DNA from: an uncultured cyanobacterium | Lineage (GTDB): Bacteria; Cyanobacteriota; Cyanobacteriia; PCC-6307; Cyanobiaceae | Length of the DNA: 64,000 bases | Direction of reading: 5' to 3' | NCBI GenBank assembly: GCA_963697335.1 | Contig: CAVONQ010000002.1 | Coordinates: 192,001-256,000 of the forward strand | In this document: positions 24,073 through 34,950 of the stretch, piece by piece | Layout: every line of letters begins with the position of its first letter | How positions within the stretch are numbered: position 1 is the stretch's first letter | The notes under the pieces: model-generated | The model's input: the letters and a program-made list of their open reading frames with translations, nothing else | Databases searched by the model: none | What the model was told of the DNA's origin: nothing | Made by a program: the position numbers and the translations under genes

Positions 24073-25224
24073 ATGATCCGACTCGCCCCGGGCTCCCTCG
24101 TGTCCCGCCGGCTGCAGGAGCGGCCGGGCGAGCTTCCCGGGCCCCTGTTTGTGCACGGCGGTCAGCCACCCACCAGCCTCTCGGCCCTGGTGTTCAGCCC
24201 CGAGGGGGCCGTGGAGCAGCGCCTCGATGGCCTCGATGACCTCGATGCCCTGCTGGCCACAGGGATGCCCTGCTGGTTGCGCCTGCAGGGCCAGGCCGAT
24301 GCGGCGCTGGTGAGCGAGGTGCTGGCACGGGTGGGTGTTCCTGGGCTGTTGCACGCGCCCTTGATCGACACGCCCCAGCGCACCCGCCTCGATGCCGTGG
24401 AGGATGTGGTGCTGGTGGTGATGCACCGCCTCAGCTTTTCCCGAACGCCTGCGCGGCTGATCTCCGAGCAGGTGGGTCTGCTGTTGATGCCCAACCTGCT
24501 GCTCAGCCTCGAAGAAGCCCCCAAGCCGGATGCCTTCCCCCGCCTCAGCCGCTGGCTGCTGGGCCTGAGGCCGCCGCCTGGCCAGGAGGATCTCGATGAC
24601 CTGCTGCACTTCCTGATCGATGAGCTGCTCGATGAGCTCTTCCCGATGCTGGAGGACCTGGCCGATCTGCTGGATGACATGGAGGAGGCCGCCCTGCGCA
24701 ACCCCAGGCCCAGCCTGCTCAATCGCACCTACCAGGTGCGCGCCACCCTCAGGCAGATCCGCAGCCAGGTGTGGCCCCTGAGGCCCCAGATCATGATCCT
24801 GCTGCGCCAGAACCACCGGCTGCTCGGTGGTGAGGCGCTGAGCGGTTTCCAGGACATGGACCAACAGGTGGCGCTGATCTTTGAGCACGTGGAGCTGTTG
24901 CGGCACCAGTGCGATGCCGTGACCGACGCCTACATGGCCAGCATGGGAAGTCGCATGAACCAGGTGATGAAAACCCTCACCATCGTGTCGACCATCTTTG
25001 CCCCGCTCACCTTCGTGGCGGGCATCTACGGCATGAACTTCGTGCGAATGCCCGAGCTCAAGTGGGCCTTCGGCTATCCGATGGCCCTGGCGTTCATGGC
25101 CCTGGTTGCCATGTTGCAGAGCTACTGGTTATGGCGGCGCGGCTGGTTCGAGGACTGGACAGCCCAGCGCAGTTGGCCATCCCAGCGCGGTGGGCCTGAG
25201 CGGGGCGGGGGCTTGGGTCGGTAG
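24073..25224 (+). CDS. corA: magnesium/cobalt transporter CorA family
   Basis: MNQVMKTLTIVSTIF..PLTFVAGIYGMNF..MPEL signature. Confidence 0.92.
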   Translation: MIRLAPGSLVSRRLQERPGELPGPLFVHGGQPPTSLSALVFSPEGAVEQRLDGLDDLDALLATGMPCWLRLQGQADAALVSEVLARVGVPGLLHAPLIDTPQRTRLDAVEDVVLVVMHRLSFSRTPARLISEQVGLLLMPNLLLSLEEAPKPDAFPRLSRWLLGLRPPPGQEDLDDLLHFLIDELLDELFPMLEDLADLLDDMEEAALRNPRPSLLNRTYQVRATLRQIRSQVWPLRPQIMILLRQNHRLLGGEALSGFQDMDQQVALIFEHVELLRHQCDAVTDAYMASMGSRMNQVMKTLTIVSTIFAPLTFVAGIYGMNFVRMPELKWAFGYPMALAFMALVAMLQSYWLWRRGWFEDWTAQRSWPSQRGGPERGGGLGR

Positions 25225-25300
25225 AGCGCCCATACCCCTCTACCTTTCGGCATCCCTGCCTGCCCCAGACTTCTGGGGCGCGTCCCCATCCGCCGCCGCT

Positions 25301-26290
25301 GTGCTCCCCCACCCCACCGAAGCCCCCTTCAGCGCGCTGCCGCCGCTGCTGCTGAGCCGGCTCCTGCCCAGGCCGCCGGCCCCCGGGGAGGGGCTGCGGC
25401 TGGCCCTCTGGCAGGGGGAGGGGACGGCGGGAACTCCAGAAGCGGTGGAGGCGAACCTGCTGCGCCTGGAGCAGGTGGCCGCCGAGGCCGCTTCCTGGGG
25501 CACCCAGTTGCTGGCCTTCCCTGAGCTGTTTCTCAGCGGCTACGCCAGCGAGCCGCAGCGGGTGCGGCAGCTGGCGGAGCCGGTGGATGGGCCCAGCCTG
25601 GAGCGGGTGGCGGCCTGCGCCCGTCGCCACGGCCTGGCCATCGCCTGCCCCTACGCCGAGCGGGCGCTGCTGGGCGGCCAGGAGCGCTTCTACGACGCCA
25701 TCGCCCTGGTGGATGCCGATGGCACCCTGCTCAAGAACTACCGCAAGACCCACCTCTGGGGGCCGGATGAGCGGCTGTTCTGGAGCGAGGGCTACCGCCT
25801 GGCTGAAGAGGGCGAGCCCTTCACCGTGCACCCCGTGAACGGCCTTGGCGTGGGGCTGCTCAACTGCTACGAGGCCGAGTTTCCCGAACTCACCCGGCTG
25901 CTGACCCTGGCCGGCGCCAGCCTGGTGCTGATCCCCACCGCCGCCGACACCTGGGTGCGCCTCAGTGATGGCCGCCGCACCGCTCACCCGTACCCGGACG
26001 TGTCTCGCACCCTGCTGCCGGCCCATGCCTTCGCGAACGGCTGCTTCGTGGCCTACGCCAACCGCTGCGGCCTCGAGTTGGTGGAGGGGGAAGCCTGGGC
26101 CCACTACCTGGGCAACAGCGTCATCTGCGGGCCCGATGGCGCCCTGCTGCTGGCGGCCCAGAACCGCCCCACCCTGCTGCTCGCCGACCTGATCCCCGCC
26201 GAGTTCCGAGCCCCGCACCCGGAGGGCACCACCTACCGGGCCGACCGCCGACCGGACCTCTACGGCTCGCTGCAGGCCCCCGCCGGCTGA
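25301..26290 (+). CDS. carbon-nitrogen hydrolase (nitrilase-superfamily amidase)
   Basis: E-K-C triad: [26 protein letters not shown]; start placed at in-frame GTG 25301 (uncertain). Confidence 0.85.
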   Translation: MLPHPTEAPFSALPPLLLSRLLPRPPAPGEGLRLALWQGEGTAGTPEAVEANLLRLEQVAAEAASWGTQLLAFPELFLSGYASEPQRVRQLAEPVDGPSLERVAACARRHGLAIACPYAERALLGGQERFYDAIALVDADGTLLKNYRKTHLWGPDERLFWSEGYRLAEEGEPFTVHPVNGLGVGLLNCYEAEFPELTRLLTLAGASLVLIPTAADTWVRLSDGRRTAHPYPDVSRTLLPAHAFANGCFVAYANRCGLELVEGEAWAHYLGNSVICGPDGALLLAAQNRPTLLLADLIPAEFRAPHPEGTTYRADRRPDLYGSLQAPAG

Positions 26291-26346
26291 CGGACGATCC
26301 CTCGGGTCGTGCATACGGTGGGAGGCCTGCCCACCTGAAGCCGCCC

Positions 26347-27735
26347 ATGGCCCTGCACCAGACCGGCGCCACCAGCCAACGCGACCAGCAGGAGGCCGAG
26401 CTGCTGGTGCGGCCGCTGCCGCTGGACCTGTTCCCCGCCGAGGGCCAGGAGCCCGCCCTCACGGCCGCCATCCTCACGGAGGAGCTGCTGCTCGATGGCA
26501 ACAGCAAGCAGAACCTGGCCACCTTCTGCCAGACCTGCGAAGAGCCCGAAGTCCACGCCCTGATGGATCTGGGCCTCGACAAGAACCTGATCGACAAGGA
26601 CGAATACCCCCAGACGGCCGAACTGGAGCGCCGCTGCGTCAGCCTGCTGGCCGATCTCTGGAATGCTCCCGCCGGGGCCACCGGCTGCTCCACCATCGGC
26701 AGCAGCGAGGCGGCGATGCTCGGCGGCATGGCCGCCAAGTGGCGCTGGCGGGCGGCGCGGCAGGCGGCGGGGCTGCCGGTTGACAAGCCCAACATGGTGT
26801 GCGGCAGCGTGCAGATCTGCTGGCACAAGTTCGCCCGTTACTGGGACATCGAGCTGCGCGAGATCACCATGACGCCGGGCCGTCTCTGCATCACGCCGGC
26901 GGATGTGCTGGCCCTGGTGGATGAGAACACGATCATGGTGGTGCCCACCCTCGGCGTCACCTATCACGGCCTCTACGAGGATGTGGCGGCCATCAGCGAC
27001 GCCCTCGACGATCTCCAGGCCCGCACCGGCCTGGACGTGCCGATCCATGTGGACGCCGCCAGCGGCGGCTTCCTGGCCCCCTTCACCGCCCCGGATCTGC
27101 CCCCCTGGGACTTCCGCCTCGAACGGGTGAAGTCGATCAATGCCTCGGGCCACAAGTACGGCCTGGCCCCCCTGGGGGTGGGCTGGGTGCTGTGGCGCCA
27201 GGCCAGCGACCTGCCCCAGGAGCTGATCTTCAGCGTGTCCTATCTGGGGGGCGACATGCCCACCTTTCAGATCAACTTCTCGCGGCCGGCCGGCCAGGTG
27301 ATCGCCCAGTACTACACCTTTGTGCGCCTGGGCCGGGAGGGCTACCGCCTCACCCATGGCGTGGCTTACCAGGTGGCCCGTTACCTGGCCGCCGAGCTCG
27401 CCAAGCTGCCGCAGTTCTCGGTGCTGCACGATGGCGACCCCGCCAAGGGGATCCCGGCCGTGGTGTGGCAGCTGCAGCCCGGCACCGATCCAGGCTTCAG
27501 CCTCTACGACCTCGCCGATCGCCTGCGCACCCGGGGCTGGCAGGTGCCCGCCTACCCCTTCACCGGCGCCCTCGCCAGCCAGGCCTTCCAGCGGATCATG
27601 GTGCGGCGCGGCTTCAGCCGCGACATGGCCGACCTGCTGTTGCGGGATATCAACCAGGCCATCAACCACTTCAGTGACCATCCCGTCACGGTGCCCCTGT
27701 CGGCGAGTGAGGCCGCGTCCTACAACCATCTCTGA
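26347..27735 (+). CDS. gadB: glutamate decarboxylase
   Basis: [44 protein letters not shown] lysine, C-terminal His. Confidence 0.95.
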   Translation: MALHQTGATSQRDQQEAELLVRPLPLDLFPAEGQEPALTAAILTEELLLDGNSKQNLATFCQTCEEPEVHALMDLGLDKNLIDKDEYPQTAELERRCVSLLADLWNAPAGATGCSTIGSSEAAMLGGMAAKWRWRAARQAAGLPVDKPNMVCGSVQICWHKFARYWDIELREITMTPGRLCITPADVLALVDENTIMVVPTLGVTYHGLYEDVAAISDALDDLQARTGLDVPIHVDAASGGFLAPFTAPDLPPWDFRLERVKSINASGHKYGLAPLGVGWVLWRQASDLPQELIFSVSYLGGDMPTFQINFSRPAGQVIAQYYTFVRLGREGYRLTHGVAYQVARYLAAELAKLPQFSVLHDGDPAKGIPAVVWQLQPGTDPGFSLYDLADRLRTRGWQVPAYPFTGALASQAFQRIMVRRGFSRDMADLLLRDINQAINHFSDHPVTVPLSASEAASYNHL

Positions 27736-27772
27736 GAGACGCCATGGCGATCTCAGTGCTGATCCGCTGGGC

Positions 27773-28099
27773 TCAGTTCTGGTCCAGCTCGAGGATCACG
27801 ATCGCCACCATCCCAACACCCATTCCGAGATATTGCTGGCGGCTGATGCTCTCACCGTAGAGCCAGCGGGTGGCCAGGATCAGGGTGATCACATTGAACA
27901 CCACGCACACAATCGAAGCCGTGGCGATGTTCTTGTAGCGGAAACTGTGGGCCAGGAGACTCATCGCCACCATGTAGATGGCCATCCCAAGCCAAAAGGC
28001 TGGCCGGCTCTGCTGCACGATCCAGGCTTTGATCGCCAGATCACCCAGGGTGAGAACCGCACCGCCTAGCAGAAGCAGTGCCGTTGGATTCAACCCCAT
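27773..28099 (-). CDS. small 4-TM SMR/EamA-like membrane protein
   Basis: 108 aa from ATG 28099, four hydrophobic segments, YGESIS..QYLG. Confidence 0.7.
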   Translation of the reverse strand: MGLNPTALLLLGGAVLTLGDLAIKAWIVQQSRPAFWLGMAIYMVAMSLLAHSFRYKNIATASIVCVVFNVITLILATRWLYGESISRQQYLGMGVGMVAIVILELDQN

Positions 28100-28207
28100 A
28101 GGTCGCCTCAGCGCTCTCCTTCCCGCTCTTGGTTCATTGAACCAGCACGGAGCGGGCTCCGGGTCCGGAGACGCCCGATCCCTACATTGCGTCAACAGCC
28201 CCGTGCC

Positions 28208-29122
28208 TCAGTCCGCCTCGGCGTGGTAGCTGCTGCGCACCAGCGGCCCACTGCGCACCTGGCTGAAGCCGAGCCCCCGGGCGATGCCGGCGAGTTCCTC
28301 AAAGGCCTCGGGCTCCCAGTAGCGCGCCACGGGAAGGTGGGCCAGGGACGGGCGCAGGTATTGGCCCAGGGTGAGTCGCTGGCAGTCCACCCGCCGCAGG
28401 TCCTTCAGCGTTGCCACAACCTCGGCGAAGGTTTCCCCCAGCCCCAGCATCAGGCCGCTCTTGGTGGGGATGGCGGGGGCCACCTCCCGGGCCGTGGCCA
28501 GCAGACCCAGGGAGCGGCGGTAGGTGGCGCCGCGGCGCACCTCCCCCTGCAGGCGCTCCACGGTTTCGAGGTTGTGGTTGAAGCACACCGGCGCCGCCGC
28601 CAGCACCGTGGCCAGCCGCTGGCGCTGGGCGGCCAGGGCCGCCTCGGGATCGGCCACCCCGCCCCAGAAATCGGGGGTAAGCACTTCAATCGCCACGGCG
28701 GGGCTGCGGCGCCGGATCGCGGCCATGGTGGTGGTGAACAGGCTGGCGCCGTGATCGGCCAGATCGTCCCTGGCCACGGCGGTGAGCACCACATAGCGCA
28801 GCTGCAGCGTGGCCACGGCCTCCGCCACCCGCTCGGCCTCGGCCCCATCCAGCGGAAGCGGTGCCCGGCCTTTGTCCACCTGGCAGAAGGCGCAGCTGCG
28901 GGTGCAGATCGAACCGCCCAGCAGGAAGGTGGCCGTGCCGGCGGCGTAGCACTCGCCCCGGTTGGGGCAGCGGCCCTCCTCGCAGATGGTGTGCAGTCGC
29001 TGCTGCTTCACAACCCCCTGCACCGATTCCAGGGCGGAGGCCCCGCCGATCGGCCGCCGCAGCCAGGCGGGCAGCCGTTCGGCGGGGGCGATGCTGCTGT
29101 AACGGCTGGAGGTCTGGCTCAT
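28208..29122 (-). CDS. lipA: lipoyl synthase
   Basis: [12 protein letters not shown] and CTRSCAFC motifs, [10 protein letters not shown]. Confidence 0.97.
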   Translation of the reverse strand: MSQTSSRYSSIAPAERLPAWLRRPIGGASALESVQGVVKQQRLHTICEEGRCPNRGECYAAGTATFLLGGSICTRSCAFCQVDKGRAPLPLDGAEAERVAEAVATLQLRYVVLTAVARDDLADHGASLFTTTMAAIRRRSPAVAIEVLTPDFWGGVADPEAALAAQRQRLATVLAAAPVCFNHNLETVERLQGEVRRGATYRRSLGLLATAREVAPAIPTKSGLMLGLGETFAEVVATLKDLRRVDCQRLTLGQYLRPSLAHLPVARYWEPEAFEELAGIARGLGFSQVRSGPLVRSSYHAEAD

Positions 29123-29132
29123 GGCTGGTGGT

Positions 29133-29732
29133 TCATTCCATCCGTCGCCTGCCCTCGAAGGCCCGGGCCAGGGTCACCTCGTCGGCGTACTCCAGCTCAC
29201 TGCCCACGGGCAGGCCGTAGGCGATGCGGCTCACGGTGGTGAAGGGTTTGAGCAGTCTGGCCAGGTAAAGGCTGGTGGTGTCTCCCTCCACGCTGGGGGT
29301 GAGGGCCAGGATCATCTCCTCGATGCCCTCATCGGCCACCCGCTGCACCAGCGGTCCGATCTGCAGCAGCTCCGGGCCGACGCCGTCCATCGGCGAGATC
29401 AGGCCGCCCAGCACGTGATAGCTGCCCCGGAACTCCCGGGTGCGTTCCATGGCCAGCAGGTCGCGGGAGTCGGCCACCACGCAGAGCTGGCCATTGCGGC
29501 GCTCCTCATTGCGGCAGATCTCACACAGGGGGTCAGCCGAGAGGTGAAAGCACCGCTGGCACTGGCCCACCTGGCTGCGGGCCGCCAGCAGGGCGTCGGC
29601 GAAGCTGCGGATCTGCTCCTCCGGTTGGCGCAGCAGATGCAGGGCCAGCCGCTGGGCCGTGCGGGGGCCGATGCCGGGCAGCCGCTCGAACTGGTCGATC
29701 AGCCGGGCTAACGGACGCGTGAAGCCGCTCAG
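29133..29732 (-). CDS. recR: recombination mediator RecR
   Basis: [13 protein letters not shown]hH, C4 zinc finger, [19 protein letters not shown]; probable CTG start at 29732. Confidence 0.93.
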   Translation of the reverse strand: MSGFTRPLARLIDQFERLPGIGPRTAQRLALHLLRQPEEQIRSFADALLAARSQVGQCQRCFHLSADPLCEICRNEERRNGQLCVVADSRDLLAMERTREFRGSYHVLGGLISPMDGVGPELLQIGPLVQRVADEGIEEMILALTPSVEGDTTSLYLARLLKPFTTVSRIAYGLPVGSELEYADEVTLARAFEGRRRME

Positions 29733-29753
29733 CGAACCGCCGCAGATGGGCTG

Positions 29754-29784
29754 AATGTAGGCGGGCCGGCGCTCGCAGCAGAAT
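29754..29784. promoter_or_regulatory. putative back-to-back -10 elements of recR (TACATT, minus strand) and psbP (CAGAAT, plus strand)
   Basis: TACATT on minus strand at 29759-29754; CAGAAT on plus strand at 29779-29784, between divergent genes. Confidence 0.45.
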
Positions 29785-29811
29785 GGCGCCACCGGTCCCC
29801 GTCTGCCTGCC

Positions 29812-30378
29812 ATGACCAGCCCCTCCGCCCTGCTGCCGCGCCCCCTCATGCGGGGGGCCCTGGCCCTGCTGCTGGCCGTGGTGCTGGTGGGCTGCAGCAC
29901 GGCTTCGGCGGGGCTGAACCGCTTCCAGAACCCCGACGGCCGCTTTGCCTTCCTCTACCCCACCGGCTGGGTGCGGGTGCAAGTGAGTGGCGGCCCCCAG
30001 GTGGTGTTCCACGACCTGATCCACAGTGATGAGACCCTCAGCCTGGTGATCTCCGAAGTGACCCCCGAGAGCGACCTCACCAGCCTGGGCAGTGCGGTGG
30101 CCGTGGGGGAACAGCTGCGGCGGGCCGTGATCGCCACTGAGGGCAGTGGCCGCCAGGCGGAGCTGCTCCAGGCCGATGAGCGCCAGCAGGACGGTCGCAC
30201 CTTCTACGACCTCGAGTACGCCGTGCACCTCGACGACCGCGATCGCCACGAGTTCGCCACGGTGGTGGTGGACCGGGGCCGCCTCTACACCTTTGCGGCC
30301 AGCACCAATGAGGGGCGCTGGGACAAGGTGAACGAGCTGTTTCACCAGGTGGTGACCTCCTTCACCCTGCTGGTCTGA
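29812..30378 (+). CDS. psbP: photosystem II PsbP family lipoprotein (CyanoP)
   Basis: lipobox [26 protein letters not shown]. Confidence 0.9.
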   Translation: MTSPSALLPRPLMRGALALLLAVVLVGCSTASAGLNRFQNPDGRFAFLYPTGWVRVQVSGGPQVVFHDLIHSDETLSLVISEVTPESDLTSLGSAVAVGEQLRRAVIATEGSGRQAELLQADERQQDGRTFYDLEYAVHLDDRDRHEFATVVVDRGRLYTFAASTNEGRWDKVNELFHQVVTSFTLLV

Positions 30379-30402
30379 GCTGGAGGCGGAGGGGGCCGGG
30401 CC

Positions 30403-31443
30403 ATGGCGATGGCGGGCTCTGTGGTGGTGGTGGGCGGCGGCCTCTGCGCTGGCCTGGTGGCCCTGGAGTTGGCGACGCTGGGGTTGGAGGTGGTGCTGGT
30501 GGAGGGATCTGAGCCCGCCGCCACAGCCCTCAGCTACGGCCTGATGCCGCTGCCGGCGGCCCTGCCCTGGCTGCGGCTGCAGCTCCGCCATGGCCCCCTG
30601 GGGCTGCGCTGCCGCTGGCTGCGGCTGCACAGCGCGGCCGCAGCCACAGGTTTCGCCCCCTGGCTGGATCGCCTGCCCCTGCCGGCCGCCCAGGTGGAGG
30701 CTCCGCTCTTCCTGGCCGCCCTGCCCGCCGCCCTGGCCGCCGCTGGGGTGCGGGTGCTGCCGGCTCAGGTGCAGGGCCCGCTGCAGAGCGGCCCGGGGGG
30801 CTGGCGACTGGGGTTGGCACAGGCCCAGGGTGCTGATGGCGGCGCCGGGGGGCCAGCTGCTGAATCTGTGCTGGAGGCCGCCCAGGTGGTGCTGGCCGCC
30901 GGAGCCGGCTGCCGCCAGCTCTGGCCTGCCCTGCCACCCGACCTGCAGACCAGCTGGGCGGGGGTGCTGGAGCTTGCCGAAGCCCCACCCCCGGGGCCCT
31001 GCTGGCCAGCTGAGCTCGTGGTGCCGCGGCAGTTTCAGCGGCCTGCCCTGGAACGCCAGGCGCTCGCCCCAGGGCCACCGGCCTGGGTGGTGGATGCCGG
31101 CCTGGTGCCTAGCGCGCGCCGCTGGCTCGCCGGCCAGATCAGCCTGGTGCGGGCGGCGGCACCTCTGGAGCCCGGCGCGCCGCCGCCCGATCCGGTGGCC
31201 ATGGAGCAGCGCCTGCGCCAGGGGCTCAGTGGCCTGAGCCCTGCCCTGGCCGGGGCCCCCGCCCGTTTCCGCCAGGTGCCGGTGACCTTCTCCCCGACGG
31301 CGACGCCCCTGGCGGGCCCGGTGGACGGAGCGCCGGGGCTGTGGGTGTTGAGCGGCTTCTCGGCGGCCTTCAGCCAGGTGCCCCGGGAGGCGCTGCGCCT
31401 GGCCGTGGCCATCGCTGCCGCGGTGGCCGATCCGGTTCAGTAA
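30403..31443 (+). CDS. FAD-dependent oxidoreductase (DAO-like)
   Basis: VVVVGGGLCAG Rossmann motif, VVLAAGAG, PLAGPV..GLWVLSGF. Confidence 0.75.
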   Translation: MAMAGSVVVVGGGLCAGLVALELATLGLEVVLVEGSEPAATALSYGLMPLPAALPWLRLQLRHGPLGLRCRWLRLHSAAAATGFAPWLDRLPLPAAQVEAPLFLAALPAALAAAGVRVLPAQVQGPLQSGPGGWRLGLAQAQGADGGAGGPAAESVLEAAQVVLAAGAGCRQLWPALPPDLQTSWAGVLELAEAPPPGPCWPAELVVPRQFQRPALERQALAPGPPAWVVDAGLVPSARRWLAGQISLVRAAAPLEPGAPPPDPVAMEQRLRQGLSGLSPALAGAPARFRQVPVTFSPTATPLAGPVDGAPGLWVLSGFSAAFSQVPREALRLAVAIAAAVADPVQ

Positions 31444-31473
31444 TGGAGTCAGCCTCAGTCAGAGGGGCAAACT

Positions 31474-32394
31474 TCAGTAGACGTAGTTGTTGTCGAAGCT
31501 GCCGTCGCCTTCACCGGCGGGTCTGGGCCAGTCGGCCTCCCAGTAGCTGATGCCATCGAGCATGAAGGGCCGTCCCCCCAGGCGCTCCGTCTTGAGTTCG
31601 GTGGTGCCCATGGCCGTGATCAGGCCCCCCAGTTCCATCGGCCCCAGGTTGGTCTTCACGTCGTTGCCGCCGGCGGCGAGCAGCACCGGCAGCCGCACCA
31701 GGTTTTCCGGCCGGGTGAGCTTGCGGAACAGGGCCTTGAGGGCCAATTGCTGCCGCTCGATGCGGCCGATGTCGCCCCACTCGTCGTGGCGGAAGCGCAG
31801 GAAGCCTTCCAGGTCATTGCCCTTGAGCCTCTGGGGACCGGGCTGGAGATCGATCGAGAGCCCCTGGCTTCTGTCCGTGTAGCGCATCCGCTTGGGCACA
31901 TCCACATCGATGCCGCCGAGGGCGTCGGAGATGCGGCGGATGGCGTTCAGATTCACCACCACGTGGTGGGTGATCGGCTGGCCCATCTTGCGAGACAGTT
32001 CCCGCTCCAGCAGATCGGTGCCCCCGAGTGAGTAAAGGGCATTGATCTTGGTGGGGCGGTAGCCCTCCGCCTCGATGTAGGTGTCGCGGGGCACCTGGGT
32101 GATGCTGGTGATGCCGCCATTGATGCGCAGCGTGGCGATCACATCGGTGTTGCCACCACCCACATCGGTGCCAAGCACGAGGATGTTCTGGTCGCCGATG
32201 CCACTCCAGGCGGCAAAGGGATTGGTGATGCGTGGGTTTTCCGGCAACGACGCGCCGCCCAACCAGTCAGCCAGCGGCATGGACACCAGCAGCCCGCCCC
32301 CCAGCCCGATCAGCATGGCCAGCAGCACCGGCCCACGCCGTCGCCGCTTGGGGGGCTGCTGATGGGGGGCCCGCCGGGCCTCGCTGGTCTTCAT
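31474..32394 (-). CDS. LCP (LytR-CpsA-Psr) family protein
   Basis: N-terminal TM, ILVLGTD..NTD, VPRDT, KINA, FLRFRHD..GDIGRIERQQ. Confidence 0.92.
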   Translation of the reverse strand: MKTSEARRAPHQQPPKRRRRGPVLLAMLIGLGGGLLVSMPLADWLGGASLPENPRITNPFAAWSGIGDQNILVLGTDVGGGNTDVIATLRINGGITSITQVPRDTYIEAEGYRPTKINALYSLGGTDLLERELSRKMGQPITHHVVVNLNAIRRISDALGGIDVDVPKRMRYTDRSQGLSIDLQPGPQRLKGNDLEGFLRFRHDEWGDIGRIERQQLALKALFRKLTRPENLVRLPVLLAAGGNDVKTNLGPMELGGLITAMGTTELKTERLGGRPFMLDGISYWEADWPRPAGEGDGSFDNNYVY

Positions 32395-32467
32395 GCAGAA
32401 ACGCTATTGCACAGGGGCGTGGTGCAAGGCTGCCTCTGAGCCGGTTGGCCGGGCAGTCGCCTTGGGG

Positions 32468-34306
32468 CTAGGTCCTCAGCAACTCGTCGAGCTGTTCATC
32501 GCGGCGCAGGCCGGCCTGCACCCGCCAGAGGTTGGCGTAGACGCCGCCGGCGCGGATCAGCTGGTCATGGCGCCCGCTCTCGACGATCTGGCCGTGGTCC
32601 ATCACCACGATCCGATCGGCATGGCGCACGGTGGAGAGGCGGTGGGCGATCACCAGGGTGGTGCGCTCGGCGGTGAGGTGCTCCAGGGAGCGCTGGATGG
32701 CGGCTTCGGTCTCGTTGTCCACGGCGGCGGTGGCCTCATCGAGCACCAGCACCGGCGGGTCCTTGAGGATGGCGCGGGCCAGGGCGATCCGCTGGCGCTG
32801 GCCGCCCGAGAGGCGTTGGCCGCGCTCGCCCACCACCGTGGCGTAGCCCTCGGGCAGGGCACGGATGAACGCGTCGGCTTCGGCGCCGCGGGCGGCGGCC
32901 TCGATGGCCGCGGGGCTGGCCTCGAAGCTGCCGTAGGCGATGTTCTCCGCCACCGTGCCATGGAAGAGGAACACCTCCTGGCTCACCAGGCCGATGGCCT
33001 GGCGCAGGTCATCGAGCCGCAAGGTGCGAATCGGAATGCCGTCGAGGCGGATCTCGCCGGCCTGGATCGCGTAGAGCCTCAGCAGCAGCTTCACGATCGT
33101 GCTCTTGCCCGATCCGGTGGCCCCCACGATGCCGAGGGTGCTGCCCGCGGGGATCGCCAGATCGAACCCCTGCAGCAGCGGCTCTCGGCCCCCGTAGCCG
33201 AACTGCACCGCCTCGAAGCGGATCTCGCCGCGCACCTGCTCCACAGGCAGGGGGCGTTCACCGCCGGGGATGGCCACCGGCGTGTCGAGCAGGTCGAGCA
33301 CCCGGTTGGTGGAGGCCATCGCCCGCTGGTAGTCGTCCAGGGTGCGGCCCAGGCTGGTGAGCGGCCAGAGCAGGCGCTGGGTGATGAACACCAGAAACGC
33401 GTAGGTGCCCGTGGCGATGGCGCCGCTCTCGGCCTGGAGGCCACCGATCACGAGGATGGCGATGAAGGCGAACAGGATCGCGTAGCGGATCAACGGCACG
33501 AAGGCCGCCGAGAGCCCGATCGCCCGGCGGTTGGCCTGGCGGTAGGCCTGACTCTGACGGCGCAGCCGCTCCAGCTCCCAGCCCTCGGCCGTGTAGCTCT
33601 TGATCGTGAGCATGCCGCCCAGGTTGGTGCTGAGCTGGCTGGCCAGGTCGCCGGCCTGCTGCCGCACGGCGGCGTAGCGCGGCGCCAGCCGCTTCTGGAA
33701 CCGCAGCGATCCCCACAGGATCACCGGGATCGGCAGGAACGACACCCCCGCCACCGCGGGGGAGAGCACGGCCATGGCGCCACCCACGGCCAGCACCGTG
33801 GTGAGCAACTGCAGGATCTCGTTGGCGCCGTGGTCGAGGAAGCGCTCCAGCTGGTTGATGTCGTCGTTGAGCACCGCCATCAGCCGGCCGCTGCTGCTGG
33901 TTTCGAAGTAGGCCATCTCCAGCTGCTGGAGATGGTCGTAGGCCTCGAGACGCAGCTCGTGCTGCACGGTCTGGGCCAGGTTGCGCCAGAGCACGCCGTA
34001 GAGGTATTCGAACAGCGACTCAGCGCTCCAGATCAGGAAGGAGAGCAGCGCCAGCACGCCCAGCTGGCCGGCCACGCTGCTCACCCCGAAGCTGCTCAGC
34101 CAGGCCGTGTCCTGCCGCACCACCACATCCACCGCCAGGCCGATCAGCACCGGCGGCGCCAGATCGAACAGCTTGTTGAGCACCGAACAGGCCGCGGCCA
34201 GCCTCACCAGGCGGCGATGGGGGCCCAGGGCCGCCAGCAGGCGCCGCAGGGCCGAGGGCTGGGCAGGGTGATCGGCCGTTGGGAGGGCGGCGGGGGGTGG
34301 CGCCAT
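32468..34306 (-). CDS. ABC transporter fused permease/ATP-binding protein
   Basis: TM domain, GATGSGKST, LSGGQRQR, LDEATAAVD; start set at ATG 34306. Confidence 0.93.
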   Translation of the reverse strand: MAPPPAALPTADHPAQPSALRRLLAALGPHRRLVRLAAACSVLNKLFDLAPPVLIGLAVDVVVRQDTAWLSSFGVSSVAGQLGVLALLSFLIWSAESLFEYLYGVLWRNLAQTVQHELRLEAYDHLQQLEMAYFETSSSGRLMAVLNDDINQLERFLDHGANEILQLLTTVLAVGGAMAVLSPAVAGVSFLPIPVILWGSLRFQKRLAPRYAAVRQQAGDLASQLSTNLGGMLTIKSYTAEGWELERLRRQSQAYRQANRRAIGLSAAFVPLIRYAILFAFIAILVIGGLQAESGAIATGTYAFLVFITQRLLWPLTSLGRTLDDYQRAMASTNRVLDLLDTPVAIPGGERPLPVEQVRGEIRFEAVQFGYGGREPLLQGFDLAIPAGSTLGIVGATGSGKSTIVKLLLRLYAIQAGEIRLDGIPIRTLRLDDLRQAIGLVSQEVFLFHGTVAENIAYGSFEASPAAIEAAARGAEADAFIRALPEGYATVVGERGQRLSGGQRQRIALARAILKDPPVLVLDEATAAVDNETEAAIQRSLEHLTAERTTLVIAHRLSTVRHADRIVVMDHGQIVESGRHDQLIRAGGVYANLWRVQAGLRRDEQLDELLRT

Positions 34307-34355
34307 GGCAGGGGGAGGGGCTGGGGCGTGCAGGCCCCACTCTCCCCTTCCGGGA

Positions 34356-34670
34356 TCACCAGCGGTTGCCGCCGCCCCCATAGCCGCCGCCATCGCGGTT
34401 GCCGCCACTGCGGCCACCGCCACCACCTTCGCGGGGGGTGGCCTTGTTGACCCGGATCATGCGCCCCATCCACTCCACGTTCTGGAGATCGTCGATGGCC
34501 TTCTGTTCCTCAGCATCGCTGGCGAGTTCCACAAAGGCGAAGCCCCGCTTGCGACCGGTTTCGCGATCGAGCGGCAGGCTGCACTGACGCACCTCCCCGT
34601 ACTGGCCGAAGAGATCAAGCAGATCCTCGCGTTCAGCCTGGAAGGAGAGGTTGCCGACGTAGATGGTCAT
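34356..34670 (-). CDS. RRM RNA-binding protein with glycine-rich tail (cyanobacterial Rbp)
   Basis: MTIYVGNLSF (RNP2), RGFAFVE (RNP1), Gly-rich C-terminus. Confidence 0.95.
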   Translation of the reverse strand: MTIYVGNLSFQAEREDLLDLFGQYGEVRQCSLPLDRETGRKRGFAFVELASDAEEQKAIDDLQNVEWMGRMIRVNKATPREGGGGGRSGGNRDGGGYGGGGNRW

Positions 34671-34950
34671 GAATGAAGCAAATCCTGGAACGAATTCCTA
34701 TGAACGGAACGGTGTGGTGCTGGCCAGCAGGAGCTGGGGCAGCGCGACCCTCTGGCGCCAACTGGAATCCCTGCCAATTTAGGCGACAAACCAGGGGGCG
34801 AGGCTCGGGGCTGCCCTGGGGAAAGTCGTCCTGACCACCCGGCGCCGACACGGGCTGAGTGTAAAAAACCTTGAAGCAGTTCCTGAAGAGACTCTGAAGA
34901 AGCCGGAGCGATCCCGGCTGCTCGGGCATTGTCAGCAAACCCTGATCTGG

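Noticed and set aside
25221..25235. GTA..TAC upstream of the amidase as an NtcA site
   Set aside because: Spacing is N9 rather than the canonical GTA-N8-TAC, and it overlaps the corA stop.
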